Below, one piece after another: positions 1-13,765 of a DNA stretch of 64,000 nt (the first letter of the stretch is position 1; each line of letters opens with the position of its first letter). The notes beneath the pieces are model-generated. The model saw only the letters and a program-made list of their open reading frames with translations. It was not told where the DNA came from and made no database searches. The position numbers were made by a program, and so were the translations under genes. The stretch lies in assembly GCF_003334785.1 (NCBI RefSeq), contig NZ_QOWV01000002.1. One strand, given 5' to 3'. This stretch comes from Escherichia coli. Lineage in GTDB: Bacteria > Pseudomonadota > Gammaproteobacteria > Enterobacterales > Enterobacteriaceae.

Positions 1-684
1 GCGCAGGCATTGATGCAAACCGGTTTGCTGCCCGCAGGTGTTACGCCCGAAATCATTACGCTTTCTGGCGGCGTGGGCGAATGTTATCGCCACCAGCCCG
101 CCGACCCGTTCTGTTTTGCCGATATTGGCCCGCTGCTGGCAACTGCGCTGCATGACCATCCGCGCCTGCGTGAGATGAACGTACAGTTTCCGGCGCAAAC
201 CGTGCGCGCCACGGTGATTGGCGCGGGCGCGCATACCCTTTCGCTCTCTGGCAGCACAATCTGGCTTGAGGGCGTACAACTGCCGCTGCGCAATTTGCCG
301 GTGGCGATCCCGATTGATGAAACGGATCTGGTGGGGGCCTGGCAACAGGCGCTGATTCAGCTGGATCTTGATCCCAAAACTGACGCGTACGTGCTGGCGC
401 TTCCCGCCTCGCTGCCTGTGCGTTACGCCGCGGTACTGACGGTCATCAACGCGTTGGTCGATTTCGTCGCGCGTTTTCCGAATCCGCATCCCCTGCTGGT
501 GGTGGCCGGGCAGGACTTTGGTAAAGCTCTGGGCATGTTGTTGCGCCCACAGCTACAACAACTCCCGTTGGCAGTCATTGACGAAGTGATTGTCCGCGCG
601 GGGGACTATATCGACATTGGTACGCCTCTTTTTGGTGGATCGGTTGTGCCGGTGACGGTGAAATCACTCGCATTTCCTTCCTGA
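1..684 (+). CDS. eutA: Ethanolamine utilisation protein EutA (ethanolamine ammonia-lyase reactivase), 5'-truncated at window edge
   Basis: Reading frame open from position 1 to TGA at 682-684; lies immediately upstream of eutB in conserved eut operon order. Confidence 0.85.
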   Translation, partial: AQALMQTGLLPAGVTPEIITLSGGVGECYRHQPADPFCFADIGPLLATALHDHPRLREMNVQFPAQTVRATVIGAGAHTLSLSGSTIWLEGVQLPLRNLPVAIPIDETDLVGAWQQALIQLDLDPKTDAYVLALPASLPVRYAAVLTVINALVDFVARFPNPHPLLVVAGQDFGKALGMLLRPQLQQLPLAVIDEVIVRAGDYIDIGTPLFGGSVVPVTVKSLAFPS

Positions 685-695
685 GGGAACGACTT

Positions 696-2057
696 ATGAA
701 ACTAAAGACCACATTGTTCGGCAATGTATATCAGTTTAAGGATGTAAAAGAGGTGCTGGCTAAAGCCAACGAACTGCGTTCGGGGGATGTGCTGGCGGGC
801 GTCGCAGCGGCAAGCTCACAGGAGCGCGTGGCGGCAAAGCAGGTGTTGTCGGAAATGACCGTAGCGGACATCCGCAATAATCCGGTGATTGCCTATGAAG
901 ATGACTGCGTGACGCGGCTGATTCAGGACGATGTTAACGAAACGGCCTACAACCAGATTAAAAACTGGAGCATCAGCGAACTGCGTGAGTATGTGCTGAG
1001 CGATGAAACCAGCGTGGACGACATTGCCTTTACCCGCAAAGGGCTGACCTCGGAAGTGGTCGCGGCGGTAGCGAAGATTTGCTCCAACGCGGACCTGATC
1101 TACGGCGCGAAGAAAATGCCGGTAATCAAAAAGGCCAATACCACCATCGGTATTCCGGGCACCTTTAGCGCCCGTTTGCAGCCAAATGACACCCGTGACG
1201 ACGTGCAAAGTATCGCCGCGCAAATCTACGAAGGGCTTTCCTTCGGGGTGGGCGATGCGGTGATCGGCGTTAACCCGGTGACTGACGACGTGGAAAACTT
1301 AAGCCGCGTGTTGGATACCATCTATGGCGTGATCGACAAATTCAACATCCCAACTCAGGGCTGTGTACTGGCGCACGTCACCACCCAGATCGAAGCGATC
1401 CGTCGTGGCGCACCGGGCGGGCTGATTTTCCAGAGTATCTGTGGCAGCGAAAAAGGGCTGAAAGAGTTTGGCGTGGAGCTGGCGATGCTCGACGAAGCGC
1501 GCGCAGTGGGCGCGGAGTTCAACCGTATCGCCGGGGAAAACTGCCTCTACTTCGAAACCGGACAAGGCTCTGCGCTATCCGCTGGCGCTAACTTCGGCGC
1601 AGACCAGGTAACGATGGAAGCACGTAACTACGGGCTGGCGCGTCATTACGATCCGTTTATCGTCAACACCGTGGTCGGCTTTATTGGGCCGGAGTATCTC
1701 TACAACGACCGCCAGATTATCCGTGCTGGCTTAGAAGATCACTTTATGGGCAAGCTGAGCGGCATCTCTATGGGCTGTGACTGCTGTTATACCAACCACG
1801 CTGACGCTGACCAGAACCTCAACGAAAACCTGATGATCCTGCTCGCCACCGCAGGCTGCAACTACATCATGGGGATGCCGCTGGGTGATGACATCATGCT
1901 CAACTACCAGACCACCGCATTCCACGATACCGCCACTGTGCGTCAGTTACTCAACCTGCGCCCGTCACCGGAGTTTGAACGCTGGCTGGAAAGCATGGGC
2001 ATTATGGCAAACGGTCGCCTGACCAAACGGGCGGGCGATCCGTCACTGTTCTTCTGA
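696..2057 (+). CDS. eutB: Ethanolamine ammonia-lyase large subunit
   Basis: 453-aa ORF (MKLKTTLFGNVYQFKDVKEV...); length and sequence recognised as EutB; operon context. Confidence 0.95.
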   Translation: MKLKTTLFGNVYQFKDVKEVLAKANELRSGDVLAGVAAASSQERVAAKQVLSEMTVADIRNNPVIAYEDDCVTRLIQDDVNETAYNQIKNWSISELREYVLSDETSVDDIAFTRKGLTSEVVAAVAKICSNADLIYGAKKMPVIKKANTTIGIPGTFSARLQPNDTRDDVQSIAAQIYEGLSFGVGDAVIGVNPVTDDVENLSRVLDTIYGVIDKFNIPTQGCVLAHVTTQIEAIRRGAPGGLIFQSICGSEKGLKEFGVELAMLDEARAVGAEFNRIAGENCLYFETGQGSALSAGANFGADQVTMEARNYGLARHYDPFIVNTVVGFIGPEYLYNDRQIIRAGLEDHFMGKLSGISMGCDCCYTNHADADQNLNENLMILLATAGCNYIMGMPLGDDIMLNYQTTAFHDTATVRQLLNLRPSPEFERWLESMGIMANGRLTKRAGDPSLFF

Positions 2058-2077
2058 TGACGCGGAGATAACATATC

Positions 2078-2965
2078 ATGGATCAAAAACAGATTGAAGA
2101 AATTGTACGCAGCGTGATGGCGTCAATGGGACAAGCGGCCCCCGCGCCGTCAGAAGCAAAGTGCGCCACCACCAACTGTGCGGCACCGGTGACCTCGGAA
2201 AGCTGTGCGCTGGATTTAGGTTCCGCTGAAGCAAAAGCGTGGATTGGTGTTGAAAATCCGCATCGCGCAGACGTATTAACAGAACTGCGCCGCAGCACCG
2301 TGGCCCGCGTTTGTACCGGTCGTGCCGGTCCGCGTCCACGTACGCAGGCGCTGCTGCGTTTCCTGGCCGATCACTCTCGTTCGAAAGATACCGTACTGAA
2401 AGAAGTGCCGGAAGAGTGGGTGAAAGCGCAGGGCTTGCTGGAAGTACGCTCTGAAATTAGCGACAAAAATCTCTACCTGACTCGCCCGGATATGGGCCGC
2501 CGCCTGTGTGCAGAAGCTGTTGAAGCGCTGAAAGCGCAGTGTGTTGCCAATCCGGACGTACAGGTCGTTATTTCTGATGGCCTGTCAACTGATGCGATCA
2601 CCGTGAACTACGAAGAGATCCTGCCACCGCTGATGGCGGGCCTGAAACAGGCCGGGCTGAAAGTCGGTACACCATTCTTTGTTCGTTATGGTCGCGTGAA
2701 GATTGAAGATCAGATCGGTGAGATCCTCGGCGCGAAAGTAGTGATCCTGCTGGTGGGCGAACGTCCGGGGTTGGGTCAGTCAGAAAGCCTCTCCTGCTAC
2801 GCCGTTTACTCGCCGCGTATGGCGACCACCGTTGAGGCCGATCGCACCTGTATCTCTAACATTCACCAGGGCGGCACGCCGCCGGTTGAAGCCGCAGCCG
2901 TCATTGTGGATTTGGCGAAACGTATGCTGGAGCAGAAAGCATCCGGCATCAACATGACCCGATAA
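2078..2965 (+). CDS. eutC: Ethanolamine ammonia-lyase small subunit
   Basis: 295-aa ORF ([19 protein letters not shown]...) directly downstream of eutB. Confidence 0.95.
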
Positions 2966-2974
2966 GGAGGCATC

Positions 2975-3634
2975 ATGCCAGCTTTAGATTTGATTCGACC
3001 GTCTGTCACCGCTATGCGGGTGATTGCCTCCGTTAACGCCGATTTTGCGCGTGAACTGAAATTGCCGCCGCATATTCGTAGCCTCGGTCTGATTTCTGCC
3101 GACTCCGATGACGTCACCTACATTGCCGCTGATGAAGCGACCAAGCAGGCGATGGTGGAAGTGGTGTATGGCCGCTCGCTATATGCGGGCGCTGCACACG
3201 GCCCGTCACCGACTGCCGGTGAAGTGCTGATTATGCTTGGTGGGCCAAACCCGGCGGAAGTGCGTGCAGGTCTGGATGCGATGATTGCGCATATTGAAAA
3301 TGGCGCAGCTTTCCAGTGGGCTAATGACGCGCAAGATACGGCATTCCTGGCACATGTAGTTTCGCGTACCGGTTCTTATCTCTCATCAACCGCCGGGATC
3401 ACGCTTGGCGATCCGATGGCGTATCTGGTGGCACCGCCGCTGGAAGCGACCTATGGCATTGATGCAGCCCTGAAGTCTGCCGACGTACAGCTGGCGACCT
3501 ATGTCCCGCCACCGTCTGAAACCAACTACTCGGCAGCATTTTTAACCGGTAGCCAGGCAGCGTGTAAAGCAGCCTGTAACGCCTTTACCGATGCAGTGCT
3601 GGAAATCGCGCGTAATCCAATCCAGCGTGCGTAA
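2975..3634 (+). CDS. eutL: Ethanolamine microcompartment shell protein EutL
   Basis: 219-aa ORF; operon position after eutC; RBS AAGGAGG upstream. Confidence 0.92.
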   Translation: MPALDLIRPSVTAMRVIASVNADFARELKLPPHIRSLGLISADSDDVTYIAADEATKQAMVEVVYGRSLYAGAAHGPSPTAGEVLIMLGGPNPAEVRAGLDAMIAHIENGAAFQWANDAQDTAFLAHVVSRTGSYLSSTAGITLGDPMAYLVAPPLEATYGIDAALKSADVQLATYVPPPSETNYSAAFLTGSQAACKAACNAFTDAVLEIARNPIQRA

Positions 3635-3646
3635 CGGAGGTTGCCG

Positions 3647-4147
3647 ATGATCAATGCACTGGGATTGCTGGAAGTGGACGGCATGGTCGCCGCGATAGAT
3701 GCAGCGGATGCCATGCTCAAAGCAGCTAACGTTCGTCTGCTCAGTCACGAAGTGCTTGACCCTGGTCGCTTAACGCTGGTGGTGGAAGGCGATCTGGCGG
3801 CGTGTCGTGCGGCGCTGGACGCAGGTTGTGCTGCCGCGATGCGTACCGGGCGTGTCATCAGCCGCAAGGAGATCGGTCGGCCAGACGATGACACCCAGTG
3901 GCTGGTTACTGGCTTTAACCGCCAGCCGAAGCAACCCGTAAGGGAACCCGACGCGCCAGTTATCGTCGCGGAATCTGCTGACGAGTTGTTGGCGCTGTTA
4001 ACATCAGTACGTCAGGGAATGACGGCAGGAGAAGTGGCTGCCCACTTTGGCTGGCCGCTGGAAAAAGCCAGAAATGCGCTCGAACAGCTCTTTTCTGCCG
4101 GGACGTTACGTAAACGCAGTAGTCGTTATCGTCTCAAGCCCCATTAA
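3647..4147 (+). CDS. eutK: Ethanolamine microcompartment shell protein EutK (BMC domain with C-terminal HTH-like tail)
   Basis: 166 aa from first ATG (MINALGLLEVDGMVAAIDAADAM..., a BMC-domain signature); GGAGG RBS precedes it; the ORF track starts 2 codons earlier at a TTG. Confidence 0.9.
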   Translation: MINALGLLEVDGMVAAIDAADAMLKAANVRLLSHEVLDPGRLTLVVEGDLAACRAALDAGCAAAMRTGRVISRKEIGRPDDDTQWLVTGFNRQPKQPVREPDAPVIVAESADELLALLTSVRQGMTAGEVAAHFGWPLEKARNALEQLFSAGTLRKRSSRYRLKPH

Positions 4148-4192
4148 CCTGTCGGAGGTGCCGGGTGTCCTACAACACCCGGCATTAACATC

Positions 4193-5245
4193 ATGAAAAA
4201 GACCCGTACAGCCAATTTGCACCATCTTTATCATGAACCCTTACCCGAAAACCTGAAGCTCACGCCGAAGGTCGAAGTGGATAATGTTCATCAACGACAG
4301 ACAACGGATGTCTATGAACATGCTTTAACGATTACCGCCTGGCAGCAGATTTACGATCAGCTGCATCCGGGCAAGTTTCATGGTGAATTTACGGAAATTC
4401 TACTCGATGATATTCAGGTTTTTCGTGAATACACCGGTCTGGCGCTGCGTCAGTCGTGCCTGGTCTGGCCGAACTCGTTCTGGTTTGGCATTCCGGCGAC
4501 GCGCGGTGAGCAGGGATTTATCGGTTCGCAATGTCTGGGAAGCGCGGAAATCGCCACCCGCCCTGGTGGCACTGAATTTGAACTGAGCACGCCGGATGAT
4601 TACACGATCCTGGGCGTGGTGCTTTCTGAAGATGTCATCACCCGGCAGGCTAACTTTTTGCATAACCCGGATCGGGTATTACATATGTTGCGTAACCAGT
4701 CGGCGCTGGAAGTGAAAGAGCAGCATAAAGCCGCGCTGTGGGGCTTTGTCCAACAGGCGCTGGCGACGTTTTGCGAGAATCCGGAAAATCTCCATCAGCC
4801 TGCAGTGCGAAAAGTGCTGGGGGATAATTTGCTAATGGCGATGGGGGCCATGCTGGAAGAAGCGCAACCAATGGTGACGGCGGAAAGCATCAGTCATCAG
4901 AGTTACCGTCGATTGCTTTCCCGCGCCCGTGAATATGTGCTGGAAAACATGTCCGAACCGGTGACGGTGCTGGATTTGTGTAATCAACTGCATGTCAGCC
5001 GCCGCACGCTACAAAACGCGTTTCACGCTATTTTAGGCATTGGCCCGAACGCGTGGCTGAAACGCATTCGCCTGAACGCCGTACGCCGCGAACTGATAAG
5101 TCCGTGGTCGCAAAGTATGACGGTAAAAGACGCCGCCATGCAGTGGGGATTCTGGCATCTGGGGCAATTTGCCACGGATTACCAGCAGCTGTTTTCCGAG
5201 AAGCCGTCACTGACGCTGCATCAGCGGATGCGGGAGTGGGGGTGA
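4193..5245 (+). CDS. eutR: AraC-family transcriptional activator of the eut operon
   Basis: 350-aa ORF; C-terminal AraC-type HTH region; last gene of eut operon. Confidence 0.92.
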
Positions 5246-5250
5246 GGGAG

Positions 5251-6153
<903 letters not shown>

Positions 6154-7023
6154 TTATCGCTTTTTCGAATGTGCTTTCTGGTTGTCGAACCAGTGGAAAT
6201 AACTGATCACGCCTTCAGCAATCGCTGTGGCGATTTTCTGACGAAACGCCGCCGTGCCTAACAGCCGTTCTTCTTCCGGGTTGGTGATAAACGAGGTTTC
6301 CACCAGCACCGAAGGAACCGACGGTGATTTCAACACCACAAATGCCGCTTGTTCGGTGTTGCGGCTGTGCAGTTTATGCACCGGCTTAATCTTCTTCAGA
6401 ATATGCGAGCCGAGCGTCAGACTATTTTTAATGGTATCTGTTTGCACCAGATCAAACAGCACTTGTTGCAATAGGTGATCCTTGTCAGTCGCCTTTTTAC
6501 CGGCAACTTCATCGGCGCGGTTTTCGCGTTCAGACAGGTATTTCGCCATTGCGCTACTTGCCCCACGGTTAGAGAGGGCAAATACCGAAGCACCGGCAGC
6601 TTTCGGGTTGGTAAAGCCATCGGCATGAATTGACATAAACAGATCTGCGCCATGTTTATGGGCGATTTCAACGCGATCGTAAAGTGGGATAAACGTATCG
6701 CCAGAACGCGTTAAACGCGCATCAATCCCATGATTACGCAAAATGGAACGGACGTTTTTAGCAATCGCCAGCACCACATGTTTTTCTTTCGAACCGTTGC
6801 GTCCGATCGCTCCGGTATCAATTCCGCCGTGACCTGGATCGAGAACAACGACACGTTTGCCGCCAGATTTTTTGGCTTTCGGCTTGCTGTGTCCGTTGCT
6901 GGTTTTTAAAAGTTCGTCTTTGGCGATGGCTTGCGACATTCCTGACAACGTCAGGGCAGCCAAACCGGCTTTCAGCACCTGGCGGCGCGAAGTGAGTGTT
7001 TTTAGTGGTTTAAAAGTGCTCAT
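6154..7023 (-). CDS. amiA: N-acetylmuramoyl-L-alanine amidase AmiA
   Basis: 289-aa ORF with Tat-like signal (SRRQVLKAGLAAL); amidase_3 family sequence; amiA-hemF operon arrangement. Confidence 0.95.
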   Translation of the reverse strand: MSTFKPLKTLTSRRQVLKAGLAALTLSGMSQAIAKDELLKTSNGHSKPKAKKSGGKRVVVLDPGHGGIDTGAIGRNGSKEKHVVLAIAKNVRSILRNHGIDARLTRSGDTFIPLYDRVEIAHKHGADLFMSIHADGFTNPKAAGASVFALSNRGASSAMAKYLSERENRADEVAGKKATDKDHLLQQVLFDLVQTDTIKNSLTLGSHILKKIKPVHKLHSRNTEQAAFVVLKSPSVPSVLVETSFITNPEEERLLGTAAFRQKIATAIAEGVISYFHWFDNQKAHSKKR

Positions 7024-7236
7024 ACGGCCTGAGTTGTAATAATAAAGTTCCAGATGTTATATCGTATCGCGTAATCCGTTACGACGGTTTGCTGTTGAGA
7101 ATTGTTTTACTTTTCATTTCAATAGTTGACAACTCCCCATTATGCCACTTTTTCAACCGATTTTCGTCAGATATTGGCTAATTCGACCGTTCACGCCATA
7201 ATCAGCCTTTTAACCCGCAAAAAGGTAACGAATACC

Positions 7237-7662
7237 ATGGAGATACGCGTATTTCGCCAGGAAGATTTCGAAGAGGTCATCACCCTTTGGGAGCGTTGCG
7301 ACTTGCTGCGTCCGTGGAACGATCCGGAAATGGACATCGAGCGTAAGATGAACCATGACGTCAGTTTGTTTTTGGTCGCTGAGGTAAACGGTGACGTGGT
7401 CGGAACGGTGATGGGCGGTTATGACGGGCATCGCGGGTCTGCTTATTATCTTGGCGTGCATCCAGAGTTTCGTGGGCGTGGGATTGCCAATGCGTTGCTT
7501 AATCGGCTGGAGAAAAAGCTGATTGCTCGTGGCTGCCCGAAAATTCAGATCAATGTGCCGGAAGATAACGACATGGTGCTCGGAATGTATGAACGCCTGG
7601 GATATGAACACGCCGACGTGCTGAGTCTGGGTAAGCGTTTGATTGAAGATGAAGAGTACTGA
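7237..7662 (+). CDS. ypeA: GNAT-family acetyltransferase YpeA
   Basis: 141 aa from internal ATG ([14 protein letters not shown]...); GNAT motif region [10 protein letters not shown]; the ORF track starts further upstream. Confidence 0.85.
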   Translation: MEIRVFRQEDFEEVITLWERCDLLRPWNDPEMDIERKMNHDVSLFLVAEVNGDVVGTVMGGYDGHRGSAYYLGVHPEFRGRGIANALLNRLEKKLIARGCPKIQINVPEDNDMVLGMYERLGYEHADVLSLGKRLIEDEEY

Positions 7663-8098
7663 GTTTCATCCTGTCCATTATGATGCGCACGGTCGCCTGC
7701 GTTTACCCTTGCTCTTCTGGCTTGTGCTATTGCTTCAGGCGCGAACCTGGGTGCTGTTTGTCATTGCCGGTGCGTCGCGCGAGCAGGGTACTGCGCTGCT
7801 AAATCTGTTTTATCCCGATCACGATAATTTCTGGCTGGGGCTGATTCCTGGCATTCCGGCGGTGCTGGCGTTTTTGTTGAGCGGTCGGCGGGCTACGTTT
7901 CCTCGCACCTGGCGTGTACTCTATTTTCTGTTGCTGTTGGCGCAGGTGGTTTTACTTTGCTGGCAACCGTGGCTGTGGCTGAACGGTGAATCCGTTAGCG
8001 GTATCGGTCTGGCGCTGGTAGTGGCGGATATTGTGGCGTTAATCTGGCTGCTGACCAATCGACGTTTACGCGCTTGTTTTAATGAAGTAAAAGAATAA
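7649..8098 (+). CDS. yfeZ: Inner membrane protein YfeZ
   Basis: 149 aa from first ATG; hydrophobic helices; overlaps ypeA 3' end by 14 nt. Confidence 0.85.
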   Translation: MKSTEFHPVHYDAHGRLRLPLLFWLVLLLQARTWVLFVIAGASREQGTALLNLFYPDHDNFWLGLIPGIPAVLAFLLSGRRATFPRTWRVLYFLLLLAQVVLLCWQPWLWLNGESVSGIGLALVVADIVALIWLLTNRRLRACFNEVKE

Positions 8099-8158
8099 CG
8101 GCACTTTTTGGTGAATTTGCACTCCAAGCAACGTTATTGAATAACCAAAGGAAGTGAC

Positions 8159-8734
8159 ATGAAATCGCTGCGTTTAATGTTATGCGCTATGCCATTGATG
8201 CTGACCGGCTGTTCCACGATGTCGTCAGTTAACTGGTCTGCCGCTAACCCGTGGAACTGGTTTGGGTCGTCCACCAAAGTGAGCGAGCAGGGCGTGGGTG
8301 AATTAACGGCGTCCACACCACTGCAAGAACAAGCCATTGCCGATGCGCTTGATGGCGATTATCGCCTGCGCAGCGGAATGAAAACCGCGAACGGCAACGT
8401 GGTGCGCTTTTTTGAAGTGATGAAGGGCGACAACGTGGCGATGGTGATTAACGGCGATCAAGGCACGATCAGTCGCATTGACGTGCTGGATAGCGATATT
8501 CCTGCTGACACCGGTGTTAAAATCGGTACACCGTTTAGCGACCTTTACAGCAAAGCATTTGGCAATTGCCAAAAAGCTGATGGTGATGATAATCGTGCCG
8601 TCGAATGTAAAGCCGAAGGCAGTCAACATATTAGCTACCAGTTCAGCGGGGAATGGCGTGGTCCTGAAGGGTTAATGCCTTCGGACGATACCCTGAAAAA
8701 CTGGAAAGTCAGTAAAATTATCTGGCGGCGTTAA
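8159..8734 (+). CDS. yfeY: Lipoprotein YfeY
   Basis: 191-aa ORF with signal peptide and lipobox (LMLTGC); GGAAG RBS. Confidence 0.85.
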   Translation: MKSLRLMLCAMPLMLTGCSTMSSVNWSAANPWNWFGSSTKVSEQGVGELTASTPLQEQAIADALDGDYRLRSGMKTANGNVVRFFEVMKGDNVAMVINGDQGTISRIDVLDSDIPADTGVKIGTPFSDLYSKAFGNCQKADGDDNRAVECKAEGSQHISYQFSGEWRGPEGLMPSDDTLKNWKVSKIIWRR

Positions 8735-8745
8735 TTTGCGTCTGA

Positions 8746-9729
<984 letters not shown>

Positions 9730-9752
9730 GCGTTTCTGATTCATTGATTAAA

Positions 9753-9780
9753 GGCCAGGCAGTAACATTACTGACTGGCC
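9753..9780 (+). repeat. Hairpin-forming 28-bp element, upstream copy of a direct repeat flanking the BIME
   Basis: GGCCAGGCAGTAACATTACTGACTGGCC; a 26/28-identical copy lies at 9935-9962. Confidence 0.7.
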
Positions 9781-9811
9781 TCAGATTGTTGACCAAGTGC
9801 GCGTTGTACAC

Positions 9812-9909
9812 GCCGGATGCGGCGTGAACGCCTTATCCGGCCTACGAAATCGTGCTAATTCAATATATTGTGGGCTCCACGTAGGCCTGATAAGCGTAGC
9901 GCATCAGGC
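9812..9909. repeat. BIME: two inverted REP palindromic units separated by a linker
   Basis: GCCGGATGCGGCGTGAACGCCTTATCCGGCCTAC ... GTAGGCCTGATAAGCGTAGCGCATCAGGC between convergent yfeX and yfeW. Confidence 0.85.
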
Positions 9910-9934
9910 AGTTTTGCGTTTGTCAGCACTCTCA

Positions 9935-9970
9935 GACCAGCCAGTAACATTACTGACTGGCCTTTTTATT
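9935..9970 (+). terminator. Hairpin plus T-run; likely intrinsic terminator for yfeX read-through; downstream copy of the 28-bp repeat
   Basis: GACCAGCCAGTAACATTACTGACTGGCC followed by TTTTTATT; abuts the yfeW stop codon. Confidence 0.55.
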
Positions 9971-11273
9971 ACTTCTGCTTTAACGCCGCATACACCTGAT
10001 CAACTACCCAACCATAAGTTGCAATCGGCAACTGACCGCTTTCGAACATATTGGGATTCTTTTGCGGATCGGCAACCGGCGAATGTGGCTTGTTGCTTAA
10101 CATCACAATCGTCATATGATTCACCGGATCGATAACGGTCACCGTTCCGGTCCAGCCAGTGTGACCGTAGGTTTGCGGGCTTGCCAGCGTGCCAAACGTC
10201 GGCGTCATGGTGGCATTACCATTCACGCGCCAGCCGAGGCCAAAAGTGGCATCTTCCTTAGAGCTGGTGGTGAACATCTTCACCGTTTCCGCATTGAACA
10301 GCTGCACATCACCATAGCCCCCGCCGTTCAGCATCGTTTGCATTAACACCGCAATATCGCCGGTATTGGAAAACAAACCTGCGTGCCCGGAAACGCCGCC
10401 CATCGAATAAAAGGCTTTTTCATCGTGCACCTGACCCCAGAGAGTGGAGGTGCGGATATTCGGGAAATGGATCACGCCATCGCGGGTATTGCCGTTCAAT
10501 TCCGTGGCGGCAATTTGTTGCGGTTTAAAGCCTTTCAGCAGCGGGTTAAATACCGTATGTGTCAGGCCGAGCGGGCGATAAATCGACTCTTCAACATAGC
10601 GGTCAAGCGGCTGACCGGTAACCGACTCGACGATAAATCCAAGCAGCATATAATCGACATCGCTGTAGATATGTTTGCTGCCGGGCTGATATTCCAGCGG
10701 CGTGCGCTTGATCATCTCCAGCGTCTGGCCTTTATCCTGGGAATATAACGCGCCCGCGACCGCTTTATTCGGGTATTGCGGATCTGCCGGGAAACCGCCG
10801 CTGTGATGCAGCAGGTCAGAAATCCGCAGGGTGTTTTTGCCTTTAATGGTGTCATTTGGACTATCGGCAAACCCCGGAATATATTTCGCAATCCGATCGT
10901 CAGGATGCAGTTTGCCTTCGCTCATCAGCTTTTGCAGGGCGAAGTTCGTGGCGTACATTTTGGTGTTTGAGGCCAGGTCATACAGCGTCCCGGTGGTGGC
11001 TTTGACAGGCTGTTCCATCAACACGCTGCCATCGTACTTTTTCGCCGCTCCCCAGGCTTTGCGATACACAATCTGATTATCTTTAATGATCAGCAGGTTT
11101 ACGCTGGGATAACCGACATCAACTTGCTGGCTAATCCAGCGATCCATCTGGTTAAGCCGTTCGACGTTAAACCCTGCTTTCTCTGGCGAGCTTTCTGTCA
11201 GAACAGGGTATTTTGCGGCGCTGACGCTACAACTAACAGCCAGCAGAGAAAGATAGAGCATTGTCCGTTTCAT
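9969..11273 (-). CDS. yfeW: Penicillin-binding protein 4B (AmpH-like, class C beta-lactamase fold)
   Basis: 434 aa from internal ATG (MKRTMLYLSLLAVSCSVSA signal peptide). Confidence 0.9.
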   Translation of the reverse strand: MKRTMLYLSLLAVSCSVSAAKYPVLTESSPEKAGFNVERLNQMDRWISQQVDVGYPSVNLLIIKDNQIVYRKAWGAAKKYDGSVLMEQPVKATTGTLYDLASNTKMYATNFALQKLMSEGKLHPDDRIAKYIPGFADSPNDTIKGKNTLRISDLLHHSGGFPADPQYPNKAVAGALYSQDKGQTLEMIKRTPLEYQPGSKHIYSDVDYMLLGFIVESVTGQPLDRYVEESIYRPLGLTHTVFNPLLKGFKPQQIAATELNGNTRDGVIHFPNIRTSTLWGQVHDEKAFYSMGGVSGHAGLFSNTGDIAVLMQTMLNGGGYGDVQLFNAETVKMFTTSSKEDATFGLGWRVNGNATMTPTFGTLASPQTYGHTGWTGTVTVIDPVNHMTIVMLSNKPHSPVADPQKNPNMFESGQLPIATYGWVVDQVYAALKQK

Positions 11274-11277
11274 GATA

Positions 11278-12702
<1,425 letters not shown>

Positions 12703-12705
12703 GGG

Positions 12706-13602
12706 TTATTCCTTGTCTAAAACCTGACGAATAAAGCCGCCGTGTTGATCCAGGCGTTTTTTAGCTTCTGCGGCATCGAGATTTTTCAGCACCATCACAA
12801 TGGCCGTTTTACAGTTGCGCTCGCAAGCAATTAACGCCGCTTCCGCTTGCTCTGCGCTACATCCGGTGGCGTTTTTAACAATATTGACCTGTCGCACATG
12901 CAGTTTTTCGTTGGTGGCGACCACATCGACCATCAGGTTGCCGAACACTTTGCCGGATTTAATCATCAGCCCGGTGGAAAGCATATTGAGCACCAGTTTC
13001 TGCGCTGTACCTGCTTTCATCCGCGAAGAACCGGTAACAACTTCGGCACCTACAATCGGTGTAATGGCAAACTCAGCGGTGGTTGAAACGGCGCTCCCCG
13101 GATTACAGGAAATTCCCACTGTGCGGCAGCCGAGCTGGCGTGCGTATTCCAGTCCGGCAATCACATACGGCGTGCGACCGCTGGCAGCAATGCCAACCAC
13201 CACATCCTGTGCCGTTAAATTAATATTTTTCAGATCATTAACACCGCCTTCCCGGCTATCTTCCGCGCCTTCCACCGCGTGCTGAATGGCATATTCGCCG
13301 CCAGCAATCAAACCAACCACCAGACCCGGTTTCACGCCGTAGGTGGGCGGACATTCGCTGGCATCCAGAATCCCCAGACGACCGGATGTTCCCGCACCGA
13401 GGTAAATCAGACGCCCGCCGCCGCTTACCTGGGCGTGGATAACATCGATCGCCGCGGCGATATCCGGCAGTACGCGCTCAACGGCAAGCGGTACGGTTTT
13501 ATCTTCATCGTTGATAATCCGGCACATTTCCAGCGTCGATACGCGGTCAATTTCAGCCGAGGCGGTGTTCGAGCCTTCAGTAATCATCTTTTCAAATTGC
13601 AT
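12706..13602 (-). CDS. murQ: N-acetylmuramic acid 6-phosphate etherase
   Basis: 298-aa ORF ([26 protein letters not shown]...); SIS domain; operon with murP. Confidence 0.95.
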
Positions 13603-13765
13603 CGGTGGTGACCTTACTATTTACGATCAAATAATTGCAGATGTATGGAATCATATATCCCGAATTGACAGGCTTAAAGGAATCATTGAGTCTACACTCG
13701 CAGAGTGTGAAGAGCGTCATAAGAACTTAAGCGGAATTTATGCTGCCAGCCCAGGAGAGTGGAAG
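13603..13765. promoter_or_regulatory. Divergent murQP / murR promoter-operator region
   Basis: 163-bp AT-rich intergenic region between divergently oriented murQ and murR start codons; exact sites not mapped from sequence. Confidence 0.4.

Noticed and set aside
9797-10135. ORF 9797..10135 (+) and ORF 20700..20882 (-) with near-identical N-terminal translations (...AGCGVNALSGL.NRANSIYC...)
   Set aside because: The similarity is produced by translating two copies of the same REP/BIME repeat. These are not a duplicated gene, and the first one also runs antisense into yfeW.
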